This document shows positions 1-8,495 of a stretch of 64,000 nucleotides of DNA, in pieces. This DNA comes from Chitinophagaceae bacterium. GTDB lineage: Bacteria; Bacteroidota; Bacteroidia; Chitinophagales; Chitinophagaceae. The position numbers were made by a program, and so were the translations under genes. The DNA lies in NCBI GenBank assembly GCA_046296295.1, contig JBKBLG010000004.1:60187-124186 (forward strand). Direction: 5' to 3'. The notes beneath the pieces were generated by a model, which saw only the letters and a list, made by a program, of their open reading frames with translations, was not told the origin of the DNA and ran no database searches. The number at the start of each line of letters is the position of its first letter. Positions within the stretch are counted from its first letter, which is position 1.

Positions 1-1
1 T

Positions 2-319
2 AGCGGACCCGAAAAAGGCAAGGTATTGGTACTCGGTTGGGGTAGTACCTACGGTGCTATTAAAAGTGCAGTATTAACTCTACAGGCCGAAGGCCATGCC
101 GTGAGTCATGCACACTTACGCTATATCAGACCATTTCCAAAGAACCTCGGTAATATATTACGCAACTTTGAGCACGTTGTAATTCCTGAAATTAATAACG
201 GTCAGCTCATCAAAGTAATTCGCAGCGAATATTTGGTAGATGCGAAAGGATACAATAAAATTATGGGAGTACCTATTACAACTACAGAATTAGAGGCTCA
301 CTTACGCACCTATTTGTAA
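2..319 (+). CDS. korA: 2-oxoacid:ferredoxin oxidoreductase alpha subunit, C-terminal fragment (5' end outside window)
   Basis: Frame is open from nt 2. VLGWGSTYGAIKSAV...HAHLRYIRPFP...IPEINNGQL resembles the conserved C-terminus of KorA/OorA-type alpha subunits. Confidence 0.65.
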   Translation, partial: SGPEKGKVLVLGWGSTYGAIKSAVLTLQAEGHAVSHAHLRYIRPFPKNLGNILRNFEHVVIPEINNGQLIKVIRSEYLVDAKGYNKIMGVPITTTELEAHLRTYL

Positions 320-345
320 GTTAAAAAGTTATAAATACCATTTTG

Positions 346-370
346 AAAGCTACCTGCGGGTAGCTTTTTT
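346..370 (+). terminator. Rho-independent terminator after the korA fragment
   Basis: AAAGCTACC-tgcg-GGTAGCTTT stem-loop running into a T tract. Confidence 0.6.
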
Positions 371-385
371 AGTGTATAACAAAAA

Positions 386-399
386 CCTTACGGTAAATA
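386..399 (+). repeat. 14-mer family copy (CCTTACGGTAAATa, 13/14)
   Basis: Intergenic, between the korA terminator and the tRNA-Phe 3' end. Confidence 0.8.
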
Positions 400-429
400 A
401 AAACGCCTCAGTACATACTGAAGCGTTTG

Positions 430-502
430 TGGTGTGGGCCGGGATCGAACCGGCGACACAAGGATTTTCAGTCCTTTGCTCTACCGACTGAGCTACCGCA
501 CC
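430..502 (-). tRNA. tRNA-Phe (anticodon GAA)
   Basis: Reverse complement reads GGTGCGGTAGCTCAGTCGGTAGAGCAAAGGACTGAAAATCCTTGTGTCGCCGGTTCGATCCCGGCCCACACCA. It folds as a cloverleaf with anticodon loop CTGAAAA and a T-loop TTCGATC. One acceptor-stem mismatch; CCA is not encoded. Confidence 0.9.
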
Positions 503-552
503 TTTTTTGTTCGGGTGGCAAATATAGGAGGGCATCGTAAATCTGCCAAGTA

Positions 553-566
553 TTTTTACCGTAAGG
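553..566 (-). repeat. 14-mer family copy (ttTTTACCGTAAGG, 12/14)
   Basis: In the divergent tRNA-Phe/recA intergenic region, about 83 nt upstream of the recA ATG. Confidence 0.7.
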
Positions 567-615
567 TTAAAAATAAATTTGTCTAAATATTTTAGCAAAA
601 TGTTAGAGAATCAAA

Positions 616-623
616 TATTTTTG
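616..623 (+). promoter_or_regulatory. Candidate Bacteroidota -7 promoter box for recA
   Basis: TATTTTTG matches the TAnnTTTG -7 consensus of Bacteroidota sigma-A promoters, 27 nt upstream of the recA ATG. Confidence 0.35.
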
Positions 624-649
624 TACACCATCAAAAAAAAATAATTCGC

Positions 650-1684
650 ATGAGTACCAATGCAGATAAGTTAAAGGCGCTGAAACTAACAATCGATAAA
701 ATTGATAAAGACTTTGGTAAGGGCAGTGTAATGCTAATGAACGAAAAGGGTGCTGTCGCTCACGAAGTTATTAGCACAGGCTCTATTGGTTTAGATGCTG
801 CATTGGGCATTGGTGGCTTACCCAAGGGTAGAATTGTTGAAATTTACGGCCCCGAAAGTTCTGGTAAAACTACTGTTGCAACACATGTAATTGCCGAAGC
901 ACAGAAAAAAGGTGGCATTTGCGCCATTATAGATGCCGAGCATGCTTTTGATAGCGTGTATGCACAAAAACTCGGTGTTGATGTTGATAATCTTTTGATT
1001 TCGCAGCCCGATTATGGTGAACAAGCCTTAGAAATTGCCGACCGCCTTATTTTAAGTGGTGCGTTAGATGTGGTGGTAATTGATTCTGTTGCAGCGCTTG
1101 TGCCTAAAGGTGAATTAGAGGGCGAAATGGGTGATAGTAAAATGGGCTTACAGGCTCGCTTAATGAGCCAGGCCTTGCGTAAGCTTACTGCTACCATCAG
1201 CAAAACCAACACGGTATGTATTTTCATTAACCAACTGCGTGAAAAAATTGGTGTTATGTTTGGCAACCCCGAAACTACAACCGGTGGTAATGCCTTAAAA
1301 TTCTATGCATCGGTACGTATAGATATTAGAAGAAGCCAGCAAATTAAAGATGGTGATGCTGCCATTGGTAACCGCGTAAAGGTAAAAGTGGTAAAGAATA
1401 AGGTAGCTCCACCGTTCCGCAGTGCCGAATTTGATATCATTTTCGGAGAAGGCATTAGCAAAGTGGGTGAAATTATTGATATGGGTGTAGAATTGGGCAT
1501 TGTTCAAAAAAGCGGCAGCTGGTTCAGTTACGATGGCAACAAACTAGGGCAAGGTAGAGATGCTGTTAAAACTTTATTGAACGATAATCCGGAATTACAA
1601 GCAGCTATTGAAACAAAAATTAGAGCCGCTATTATTGCTGCTCAAGGCACAGCAGCCCCTGCCGATATTGAAAGTGATGATTAA
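650..1684 (+). CDS. recA: Recombinase RecA
   Basis: 344 aa with Walker [10 protein letters not shown], the [38 protein letters not shown] block and full-length RecA architecture. Confidence 0.98.
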   Translation: MSTNADKLKALKLTIDKIDKDFGKGSVMLMNEKGAVAHEVISTGSIGLDAALGIGGLPKGRIVEIYGPESSGKTTVATHVIAEAQKKGGICAIIDAEHAFDSVYAQKLGVDVDNLLISQPDYGEQALEIADRLILSGALDVVVIDSVAALVPKGELEGEMGDSKMGLQARLMSQALRKLTATISKTNTVCIFINQLREKIGVMFGNPETTTGGNALKFYASVRIDIRRSQQIKDGDAAIGNRVKVKVVKNKVAPPFRSAEFDIIFGEGISKVGEIIDMGVELGIVQKSGSWFSYDGNKLGQGRDAVKTLLNDNPELQAAIETKIRAAIIAAQGTAAPADIESDD

Positions 1685-1696
1685 TGAACGGTACTA

Positions 1697-1744
1697 CCTT
1701 ACGGTAAATATATAACATGAGCTTTCCACACATTTACCGCAAGG
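1697..1744. repeat. Inverted pair of the 14-mer (CCTTACGGTAAATa ... CATTTACCGCAAGG), 20-nt spacer
   Basis: Starts 12 nt after the recA stop. The two arms are reverse complements and could form a hairpin. Confidence 0.8.
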
Positions 1745-1763
1745 TTTTAATGGATGATATATG

Positions 1764-1788
1764 AACGGGGCTGCTACGCAGCCCCGTT
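1764..1788. terminator. GC-rich hairpin downstream of recA
   Basis: AACGGGGCTGC-tac-GCAGCCCCGTT, a perfect 11-bp stem. The T tract is weak. Confidence 0.45.
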
Positions 1789-1825
1789 GTTGTTGGAAAA
1801 AAGCAAGTTGGTTGCTTGCAAAGGT

Positions 1826-2236
1826 TTATGGTGCAAACTGTTGCCATATGAACTGCAACAAAGCAGAATCGCCAAATTGTTGATATAATTTCTGGTAATA
1901 CGTAGCGTTGACAGCAATGTGTTTGGTTGCTTGATAGACTTTAGTATAACCGGCTTTAACGCTAGCTAAAGCAGCGGCAGCCAAGGCTTCAATATGGTCT
2001 ATATCATGGTGGGTAATGCAAGTAGGTTCGGGTTACACCTCCATTTGCCGTAAGGCACTTAATAATTGAGAAAGCGTGGCAGTGTAACCAACATCTACTA
2101 AAATCAACGACTTGTCCGTTTGAACTTTTGTAAGCTTGATGATTGCAGTGCTATTACATTGCTTGTAAGTTAACGGAATAGGTGTTGCGCTAGGCATGAT
2201 GGGGAATTTAAAAATTACAGTCGATACCACATACAA
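1826..2236 (-). pseudogene. Degraded metallo-beta-lactamase-fold-like gene with an in-frame TAA
   Basis: ORF 2033..2236 (..SLILVDVGYTATLSQLL..ALRQMEV*) continues in the same frame after TAA (2033-2035) as PEPTCITHHDIDHIEALAAAAL...QQFAP* down to 1826. ILVDxG plus THHDIDH resemble degenerate MBL motifs, but the total length is far too short for a functional MBL enzyme. Confidence 0.3.
2042..2055 (-). repeat. 14-mer family copy (CATTTGCCGTAAGG, exact to the degenerate consensus)
   Basis: Lies 7 nt from the in-frame stop of the MBL-like pseudogene. Confidence 0.8.
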
Positions 2237-2439
2237 AACACAGTTTGTACCAGAGCAGCATGGCTATCGGCAACAGAGCCGCTCGGGTTGCAACAATCGG
2301 CTACTTGCGATTGAACAGCCAAGTATAACATGGTAACTACCACAATGGCTGCAGTTAGTACTAACGTTATACAGCAGTATATTCTAGGCGGTGTAACAGA
2401 CATAATGCAAGGTTTAATATCATCAATTTGATACAGCAA
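2215..2439 (-). CDS. Hypothetical small Cys-rich membrane peptide (uncertain)
   Basis: ORF only. It has one hydrophobic helix (ITLVLTAAIVVVTMLYLAV) and CC pairs, and lies downstream of the CPBP-like gene on the same strand. Confidence 0.2.
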   Translation of the reverse strand: MLYQIDDIKPCIMSVTPPRIYCCITLVLTAAIVVVTMLYLAVQSQVADCCNPSGSVADSHAALVQTVFCMWYRL

Positions 2440-2487
2440 AGCAACGCTAAGTAATGTCGGTAATCAATCACATAAACATGTGAAGTT

Positions 2488-3216
2488 TCACCTTGCCAAC
2501 TCCACATACTGAACGTACAAACCTAGTGCGATATGCCACATGCTATAATGACCTAAATGTAATAATAACGTAGCCCAAAATCCTTGATTTTTAAAATACA
2601 TGGCTTGAATCAGATTCATTACAAAACCACTTCCAAAAGCATAGCATACGAACCACCAATCACCATCAGGCCACTGTTCTAGCGGTTCTCTCAAGGCGGT
2701 AAGTACTGCAATAAGACTGAAAACAAACGTTTGCCAGCGAGCATGCACCCATTTTTGAATTCCCCATAAAGCCAACCCTAGCGGAATTAATCGGTAATAC
2801 ACTTCAACCTCTATGGCACCAGCAGTATATAAGAAAATGCTGTACGGAAATGGTTGCAAAAAAGGCGGTAAGCTATCGTAAGGTTGCGGGTGCAATATGC
2901 CTTTAATGATCAACACATCGGCTATACCAAAAGCTACACCAATTACAAAAGGCTTCCATAACCTTGCGGTAAATATTGCTACATCGGGTAACCTTAATGT
3001 GTGTTGCCACCATAAAAAAGGTATTGCTGGTAGCAGCCAACACCATGTTGTGAACGACCACACGCGAAGCATACTATTATCATTCACCCAATAATTACCG
3101 TAAACCACTGTTACCAATGGCAGTAAGAGTACGCATGCAATAGCTACAACACGTTGAGTAACAAGCGGCATAAGAATATTTTTTGCAAACCAACCATTAA
3201 AATAAAGCAATAGCAA
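2488..3216 (-). CDS. Polytopic membrane protein, CPBP (CAAX protease)-like
   Basis: 242 aa with multiple TM helices. EVEVYYR resembles the CPBP EExxxR motif and a His-rich C-terminal helix reads HLGHYSMWH. The start is uncertain: TTG at 3216 or ATG at 3171. Confidence 0.4.
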   Translation of the reverse strand: MLLLYFNGWFAKNILMPLVTQRVVAIACVLLLPLVTVVYGNYWVNDNSMLRVWSFTTWCWLLPAIPFLWWQHTLRLPDVAIFTARLWKPFVIGVAFGIADVLIIKGILHPQPYDSLPPFLQPFPYSIFLYTAGAIEVEVYYRLIPLGLALWGIQKWVHARWQTFVFSLIAVLTALREPLEQWPDGDWWFVCYAFGSGFVMNLIQAMYFKNQGFWATLLLHLGHYSMWHIALGLYVQYVELAR

Positions 3217-3247
3217 TCACATAACTATGTGATGGTGTGTACAAACA

Positions 3248-3261
3248 CATTTACCGTAAGG
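3248..3261 (-). repeat. 14-mer copy (CATTTACCGTAAGG, exact)
   Basis: In the divergent CPBP-like/rlpA intergenic region, 49 nt upstream of the rlpA ATG. Confidence 0.85.
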
Positions 3262-3310
3262 TACTTATACACGTAAGAAAACAGCCATTTTTATAGTGAT
3301 AAATTTGAAT

Positions 3311-3724
3311 ATGCTTAGGAAAATATCCATATCGCTAATGCTGTGTTGCATGGTGCTGTTACTTGCTATCAGCTGTGGGAAGCGTGGTATTCCTTCAGAA
3401 AGTGAATACTATCGAGGCAAAAAAGTACAGAAGGCAACCGGCAAAGCCAGTTACTACGCCGACAAATACGAAGGTCGCAAAACCGCTAGTGGCGAGGTGT
3501 ACCGTGGTAGCAAATTCACTGCAGCACATCGAACACTACCATTTGGTACTATTGTAACTGTACGTAACCTAAAAAATAACAAAACAGTGGTGGTTAAAAT
3601 CAACGATCGTGGCCCGTTTGTTGCCGGTCGTATTATTGATTTAAGCAAGGCTGCTGCCCGAAAAATTGATATGATTAAAGATGGTGTAGTAAGCGTAGAA
3701 ATTTTATACGTACCTACAAAATAA
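3311..3724 (+). CDS. rlpA: Septal ring lytic transglycosylase RlpA-family lipoprotein (DPBB domain)
   Basis: Lipobox [25 protein letters not shown]...[33 protein letters not shown] is a typical RlpA double-psi beta-barrel. The ATG at 3311 is preferred over the GTG at 3296. Confidence 0.85.
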   Translation: MLRKISISLMLCCMVLLLAISCGKRGIPSESEYYRGKKVQKATGKASYYADKYEGRKTASGEVYRGSKFTAAHRTLPFGTIVTVRNLKNNKTVVVKINDRGPFVAGRIIDLSKAAARKIDMIKDGVVSVEILYVPTK

Positions 3725-4528
3725 TTATGCTTTAGCAGGCTTACGTTGCTGTATTACATATAACGATAATGCTACCACCAATAAGCCAATAGCCACGTGT
3801 GCTGCATTATTTACAGCAATACTACCAGGTTCGTTTAACAACTGAATCCGCTTAGCGGCGATACCAAAAAAAGCCCACACAAATACCATTGGCAACACGT
3901 AATTATGCATACGCCCTAGTACCCACCAAGCAATAACAACACCCACCAATAACAGTGTGATTGCATAACCTTGCGGTAAAAATCCGAACAAAGGCTGTGG
4001 TAAAGTAACCAAGTAACACGACCAATTTGCAATCGTAGCAATACAAATCCAACCCCAATAAATACTCAACGGTATCAACACCAACCACAATTGCTTGCTG
4101 CTTGTACCTTTCAATCGTAGCGGTACTCGCAAGGCAATGTACAATAGCGTAATAAGCTGTAAGGTTATTAATAGTGCAGCAATGCCAATAGCATCGTTCA
4201 CCCAAAACCAACTCCATAAAGCAGTTGCTACGTTGTTAATTACAAACGCATATCCCATTTGCCGTAAGGCGATGTTGCTTTCATGTGTTGCATCGCATTT
4301 AAAGGCACACCATAATTGATGTACAACCATGGTAATAAGTCCAATGTAAATAACACCCCAAATGGCAAACGTAAAACCTGCTGGCGTAAACAAGGTTGGA
4401 TACTTACCGCTGATACTCGATACCGAAGCATCGGCCAGTACACCCGGTATAGCACTCATTTGCGATAGTGTTAGTGCTACCAAAAAAGCGATAGCATTTA
4501 TAACAGCGAGTTTTTTATACGAAGCCAT
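3725..4528 (-). CDS. Trp-rich polytopic membrane protein (TspO/MBR-like?)
   Basis: 267 aa, highly hydrophobic and Trp-rich (FTFAIWGVIYIGL, WSWFWVND, IYWGWICIATIANW). Its stop codon abuts the rlpA stop. Confidence 0.35.
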   Translation of the reverse strand: MASYKKLAVINAIAFLVALTLSQMSAIPGVLADASVSSISGKYPTLFTPAGFTFAIWGVIYIGLITMVVHQLWCAFKCDATHESNIALRQMGYAFVINNVATALWSWFWVNDAIGIAALLITLQLITLLYIALRVPLRLKGTSSKQLWLVLIPLSIYWGWICIATIANWSCYLVTLPQPLFGFLPQGYAITLLLVGVVIAWWVLGRMHNYVLPMVFVWAFFGIAAKRIQLLNEPGSIAVNNAAHVAIGLLVVALSLYVIQQRKPAKA

Positions 4529-4603
4529 ATATCAATAGTTTGCAACTTGGCAAATTACAACCAAAAGACCGATAAATTAAACGGGTTACTTAGGTTTGCA
4601 GCA

Positions 4604-5221
4604 ATGCACACCATTACAGAACGTTTTATTGCCGGATTAGTTGCCACTACACCACTAGAAGCGGTAGCAGCAATCGCTGGTTTAATGAGCGTTTACTTTT
4701 CGCGTAAAGAACATATTCTGGTGTATCCGGTTGGTTTAGTGAATACGATTGCATACGTATATCTATCGTTCAAGTTTCACCTACCAGGCGAGGCTACGGT
4801 GAATGCCTATTACACTGTTATGAGTATTTATGGCTGGTACCAATGGAGCCGCCGCAACGAGCAACAACAAATAACACTACATGTTACCCGAAGCAATTAT
4901 AAAGAGTGGTTGCAACAAGTAGCATTTTTCGCCATATGTTTTGTGATACTCTTTGGTTGCATTAGCAGTTTTAAAACTTACTTTGCTGCAGGTGCACTGC
5001 CCTTGCCCGATGCCTTTGCAGCTGCAACAGCATTTACAGGCATGTGGCTCATGACCCAAAAAAAAGTTGAAAGCTGGTACTGGTGGATACTTACCAATAT
5101 CACAAGCATACCACTCTATTTCACTAAAGGCCTCGTATTTACAAGCGTACAATATGCCATATTGTTGGTTATGGCAGTAATTGGTTGGTATAGCTGGTAT
5201 AAAAAATCAAAGCATGCATAA
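4604..5221 (+). CDS. pnuC: Nicotinamide riboside transporter PnuC
   Basis: Hydrophobic protein of about 205 aa with SIYGWYQW and GWYSWYKK Trp motifs typical of PnuC. It overlaps the downstream NadR-like kinase gene. The ATG at 4604 is preferred over the TTG at 4547. Confidence 0.75.
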   Translation: MHTITERFIAGLVATTPLEAVAAIAGLMSVYFSRKEHILVYPVGLVNTIAYVYLSFKFHLPGEATVNAYYTVMSIYGWYQWSRRNEQQQITLHVTRSNYKEWLQQVAFFAICFVILFGCISSFKTYFAAGALPLPDAFAAATAFTGMWLMTQKKVESWYWWILTNITSIPLYFTKGLVFTSVQYAILLVMAVIGWYSWYKKSKHA

Positions 5222-5741
5222 CATTGCAGTTATTGGCCCAGAAAGCACAGGCAAAAGCACCCTTTGCGAGCAATTAGCACAGCATTACCAATGTTATTGG
5301 TGTACCGAATATGCCCGTAATTACCTCACTACACATGGGCAAGCTTACAACTACCCAACGCTATTGCATATTGCAACAGCACAGCAAGAGCAAATACATG
5401 CCTTACGGCAAATGGCTACCGCAGCCCATCACCAACACTTTTTTGTAGATACAGAAATGATTGTAATGCAAGTATGGTGTGAGTATGTGTTTGGTAATTG
5501 TCATCCTTATATTATTGAACAAGCACAACAACAACAGTTTAGCTTGTATTTACTTTGCAAGCCCGATATACCTTGGGTGCAAGATGGACTGCGAGAATAC
5601 CCTAACGAGTTGCAACGAATTGAGCTGTATCATTACTATAAAAGCATATTAGAAGCGCAAGAGTTACCCTTCGTAATTATTGATGGAAGCTATGAACAAC
5701 GCCTAACCAAAGCTATACAAGCAATAAATACACTTACGTAA
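5214..5741 (+). CDS. NadR-type ribosylnicotinamide kinase-like ATPase
   Basis: P-loop VIGPESTGKST followed by WCTEYARNYL. Classic pnuC-adjacent context. About 175 aa, so the kinase module only. Confidence 0.65.
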   Translation: MHNIAVIGPESTGKSTLCEQLAQHYQCYWCTEYARNYLTTHGQAYNYPTLLHIATAQQEQIHALRQMATAAHHQHFFVDTEMIVMQVWCEYVFGNCHPYIIEQAQQQQFSLYLLCKPDIPWVQDGLREYPNELQRIELYHYYKSILEAQELPFVIIDGSYEQRLTKAIQAINTLT

Positions 5742-5788
5742 ATGTTGATGTATGCTAACAATAACACCACAGCTATCTTCGCAGTGTT

Positions 5789-6835
5789 TTGACAGGAATA
5801 GACAGTGTTGTTATAGAAAAAGCAATTGTACACAAAGTAGGAAACCCCACCCGTGGTGAGCATTTGAAACTATCAGCTAATGCCCTCACACTTAACGATG
5901 CCTTGGTACAAAGCATGTTGGTGAAATATTTCTTACATCCTTTTAACGAACATGAGCAATACCACTTCACCCATATTAGTGATGTTGCAATGAACGAGGT
6001 GTACAGCTTTGCCACCGCCATTTTTGAAGATGCAAGTAGTTTCGAAGCTAATAGTGCACTATTAGCACAATTTCTTTACAGTAAAAGTACCCATAGTAAA
6101 GTAAAAGAAGGCGAACTATATGTTACCCTATTCAACGAAATAATGCTCGATGGCAAAGCATACAAAGCAATTGGCTTATTCAAAAGCGAAACCAAAGAAA
6201 CTTTTTTAAAAGTATTTCCTCACGGCAAAGGCTTTGAAGTAGCTGCCGATGAGGGCATTAATATTAACAAGCTCGATAAAGGTTGTTTAATCATCAATAC
6301 CCAACCAAGTGAAGGCTATAGAGTATTAGCGATAGACAATACTAATAAAAACAATGATACCCGTTATTGGATAGATGAATTTTTACAAATACAACCCATT
6401 GCTAACCAATATCACCATACCAAAGAACACTTACAACTAATTCGCTCTTTTGTAACCAACGAATACCCTGAACAATTTGAAGTACAAAAAACCGATCAAA
6501 TAGAGTTAATGCAACGTAGCCTCGATTACTTTAAAACCAAAGAACAATTTTCTATACAAGAATTTGAGCAAGAAGTATTACATCATGAGGCGGTGGTAGA
6601 GAGTTTTCAGCGTTTTAAACACAACTATCAAAAAGCCAACGATGTTACGTTAGACGATGATTTTGGAATACATGTTGCCGCAGTTAAAAAGCAGAGCAAG
6701 GTGTTTAAGAGTATTCTAAAGCTCGATAAAAATTTTCATGTGTACATACATGGTCGCCGCGATTTGATAGAAAGGGGCTATGATGAAATGACGGGCAAAC
6801 ATTACTACAAACTATATTTCGATGAAGAAGCATAG
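5789..6835 (+). CDS. Nucleoid-associated protein (NdpA/YejK-like)
   Basis: 348 aa. The N-terminal IEKAIVHKVGN motif and overall size fit the NA37 family. The start is apparently TTG. Confidence 0.5.
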   Translation: MTGIDSVVIEKAIVHKVGNPTRGEHLKLSANALTLNDALVQSMLVKYFLHPFNEHEQYHFTHISDVAMNEVYSFATAIFEDASSFEANSALLAQFLYSKSTHSKVKEGELYVTLFNEIMLDGKAYKAIGLFKSETKETFLKVFPHGKGFEVAADEGININKLDKGCLIINTQPSEGYRVLAIDNTNKNNDTRYWIDEFLQIQPIANQYHHTKEHLQLIRSFVTNEYPEQFEVQKTDQIELMQRSLDYFKTKEQFSIQEFEQEVLHHEAVVESFQRFKHNYQKANDVTLDDDFGIHVAAVKKQSKVFKSILKLDKNFHVYIHGRRDLIERGYDEMTGKHYYKLYFDEEA

Positions 6836-6875
6836 TAACTGTGTTATCATTTACGTAAGTACATCGTAACTACTC

Positions 6876-6916
6876 TATCAGCAATATGGCGGCCTGCGGC
6901 CGCCATATTGCTGATA
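6876..6916. terminator. Bidirectional terminator hairpin (19-bp perfect stem)
   Basis: TATCAGCAATATGGCGGCC-tgc-GGCCGCCATATTGCTGATA, between the convergent NdpA-like gene and aspA. Confidence 0.7.
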
Positions 6917-6930
6917 CTATACCAACTACA

Positions 6931-8340
6931 CTATCTATTGATAAATTTCGGATGAATTAGATTTTCTAAAGCATAAATCTCATCCCATTTTTCTTGTGAT
7001 ATCAACTTGCGTTCAACCACCACAATTTCATGCACCGATTTGCCTGTTTGTAACGCTTCGCCTGCAATACTTGCCGCTATTTCATAACCTAATAACGGGT
7101 TCAGTTGTGTTACAATACCAATACTGTTCATCACCATATCTTTTGTTCTATCGGCATTCGCAGTAATACCTACAACACATTTGGTACGCAGCATATCGCA
7201 AGCATTGGTCATATACGCCAACGATGTAAATAACGCAAAGCCAATCACAGGCTCCATTACATTTAATTGTAGCTGACCAGCCTCGGCCGCCATAGTAATG
7301 GTAAGGTCGGCACCAATTACATAGAAACAAGTTTGGTTCACCGCCTCAGGTATTACAGGGTTTACCTTACCGGGCATAATACTGCTACCCGGCTGCATAG
7401 GTGGCAAGTTAATTTCATTAAAACCCGTACGCGGACCACTACTTAACAAACGCAAATCATTACATATTTTACTCAACTTAACTGCACAACGCTTTAAAGT
7501 ACCGCTCAACTGTACATAAGCACCAGTATCGTAGGTGGCTTCAATTAAATCAGCCGATAGGGTAACGTTAACACCACTAATAGCCGCTAAATGTGTAATA
7601 CATTTTTGAGCATAGCCTTCGGGTGCATTTACGCCTGTGCCAATAGCAGTAGCACCCATATTAACTTCTGTTACCAATTGTTGTGCTTCACGCATGCGCT
7701 GCACATCTTCGCCGATGGTAGTTGCAAAAGCGTTAAACTCTTGCCCCAACGTCATCGGAACCGCATCTTGCAATTGTGTTCGTCCCATTTTTAGCACACT
7801 GTCAAATGCTTGCCCTTTCTCATAAAAAGCTTGCTGCAATGCTTCCAATGCGGTTACAAAACCATTGATTTTAAAGTATACCGCTAAGCGAAATGCAGTT
7901 GGGTAAGCATCGTTTGTACTCTGGCTGCAATTAACATCGTTATTCGGATGCAAGTATTCGTATTGCCCTTTGTTGTAACCCATATACTCTAGGCCAATGT
8001 TGGCGATTACTTCATTCACATTCATATTGCAGCTTGTGCCAGCACCGCCTTGTATCATATCACTCACAAACTGATCTAGGTACTTTCCGGCAATCAGTTC
8101 ATCGGCAGCAAAACTGATAGCCTCTTTTTTGGTAGCATCGAGCACACCACACTCGTAGTTGGCCAAAGCTGCTGCTTTTTTAACCATAGCAAAGGCTTTG
8201 ATGAACAAAGGTTCTTTGCTAATGGGTATACCTGTAATGCTAAAATTTTCAAGTGCTCTTAGCGTTTGAACACCATAGTACACGTTGTTAGAAAGCGTTC
8301 TATCGCCTAAAAAATCGTGTTCCGTGCGGGTTGTAGTCAT
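6931..8340 (-). CDS. aspA: Aspartate ammonia-lyase
   Basis: GSSIMPGKVNPV signature, TQLQDAVPMTLGQEF, and an N-terminal TEHDFLGDRTL...YYGVQTLRALENF aspartase-like block. The ATG at 8340 is preferred over the TTG at 8346. Confidence 0.9.
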   Translation of the reverse strand: MTTTRTEHDFLGDRTLSNNVYYGVQTLRALENFSITGIPISKEPLFIKAFAMVKKAAALANYECGVLDATKKEAISFAADELIAGKYLDQFVSDMIQGGAGTSCNMNVNEVIANIGLEYMGYNKGQYEYLHPNNDVNCSQSTNDAYPTAFRLAVYFKINGFVTALEALQQAFYEKGQAFDSVLKMGRTQLQDAVPMTLGQEFNAFATTIGEDVQRMREAQQLVTEVNMGATAIGTGVNAPEGYAQKCITHLAAISGVNVTLSADLIEATYDTGAYVQLSGTLKRCAVKLSKICNDLRLLSSGPRTGFNEINLPPMQPGSSIMPGKVNPVIPEAVNQTCFYVIGADLTITMAAEAGQLQLNVMEPVIGFALFTSLAYMTNACDMLRTKCVVGITANADRTKDMVMNSIGIVTQLNPLLGYEIAASIAGEALQTGKSVHEIVVVERKLISQEKWDEIYALENLIHPKFINR

Positions 8341-8379
8341 GGTCAAAAAAATTGTTATTGTGAATGGTGGTGGTAATTA

Positions 8380-8418
8380 CCTTACGGTAAATGTGGTGCT
8401 ATAACATTTACCGTAAGG
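8380..8418. repeat. Inverted pair of exact 14-mers (CCTTACGGTAAATG / CATTTACCGTAAGG), 11-nt spacer
   Basis: 39 nt upstream of the aspA ATG. The arms are perfectly complementary 14-nt sequences. Confidence 0.9.
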
Positions 8419-8442
8419 TAGGTATAAAAGCGGTAAAAAATA

Positions 8443-8469
8443 ATGTCGCAACGCTACGCGTTGCGACAT
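8443..8469 (-). terminator. Rho-independent terminator of rho
   Basis: ATGTCGCAACGC-tac-GCGTTGCGACAT, followed on the minus strand by TATTTTTT. Confidence 0.7.
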
Positions 8470-8495
8470 GTATATTATAATATTAGCTACTTGTA

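Noticed and set aside
5731-5744. TTACGTAA-type variants of the 14-mer lacking the central base (5731-5744, 6848-6860, 37618-37631, 57357-57369 and others)
   Set aside because: They may be decayed family members, but they also resemble a generic palindrome. They were not counted among the exact copies so as not to inflate the numbers.
5781-5795. 15-nt exact match GCAGTGTTTTGACAG shared with 34275-34289 at the right edge of the R-M island, considered as an att-like repeat
   Set aside because: A few 15-mer coincidences are expected by chance among all position pairs in 64 kb on both strands. The partner copy is 19 kb from the left island edge, so it cannot mark the island boundary.
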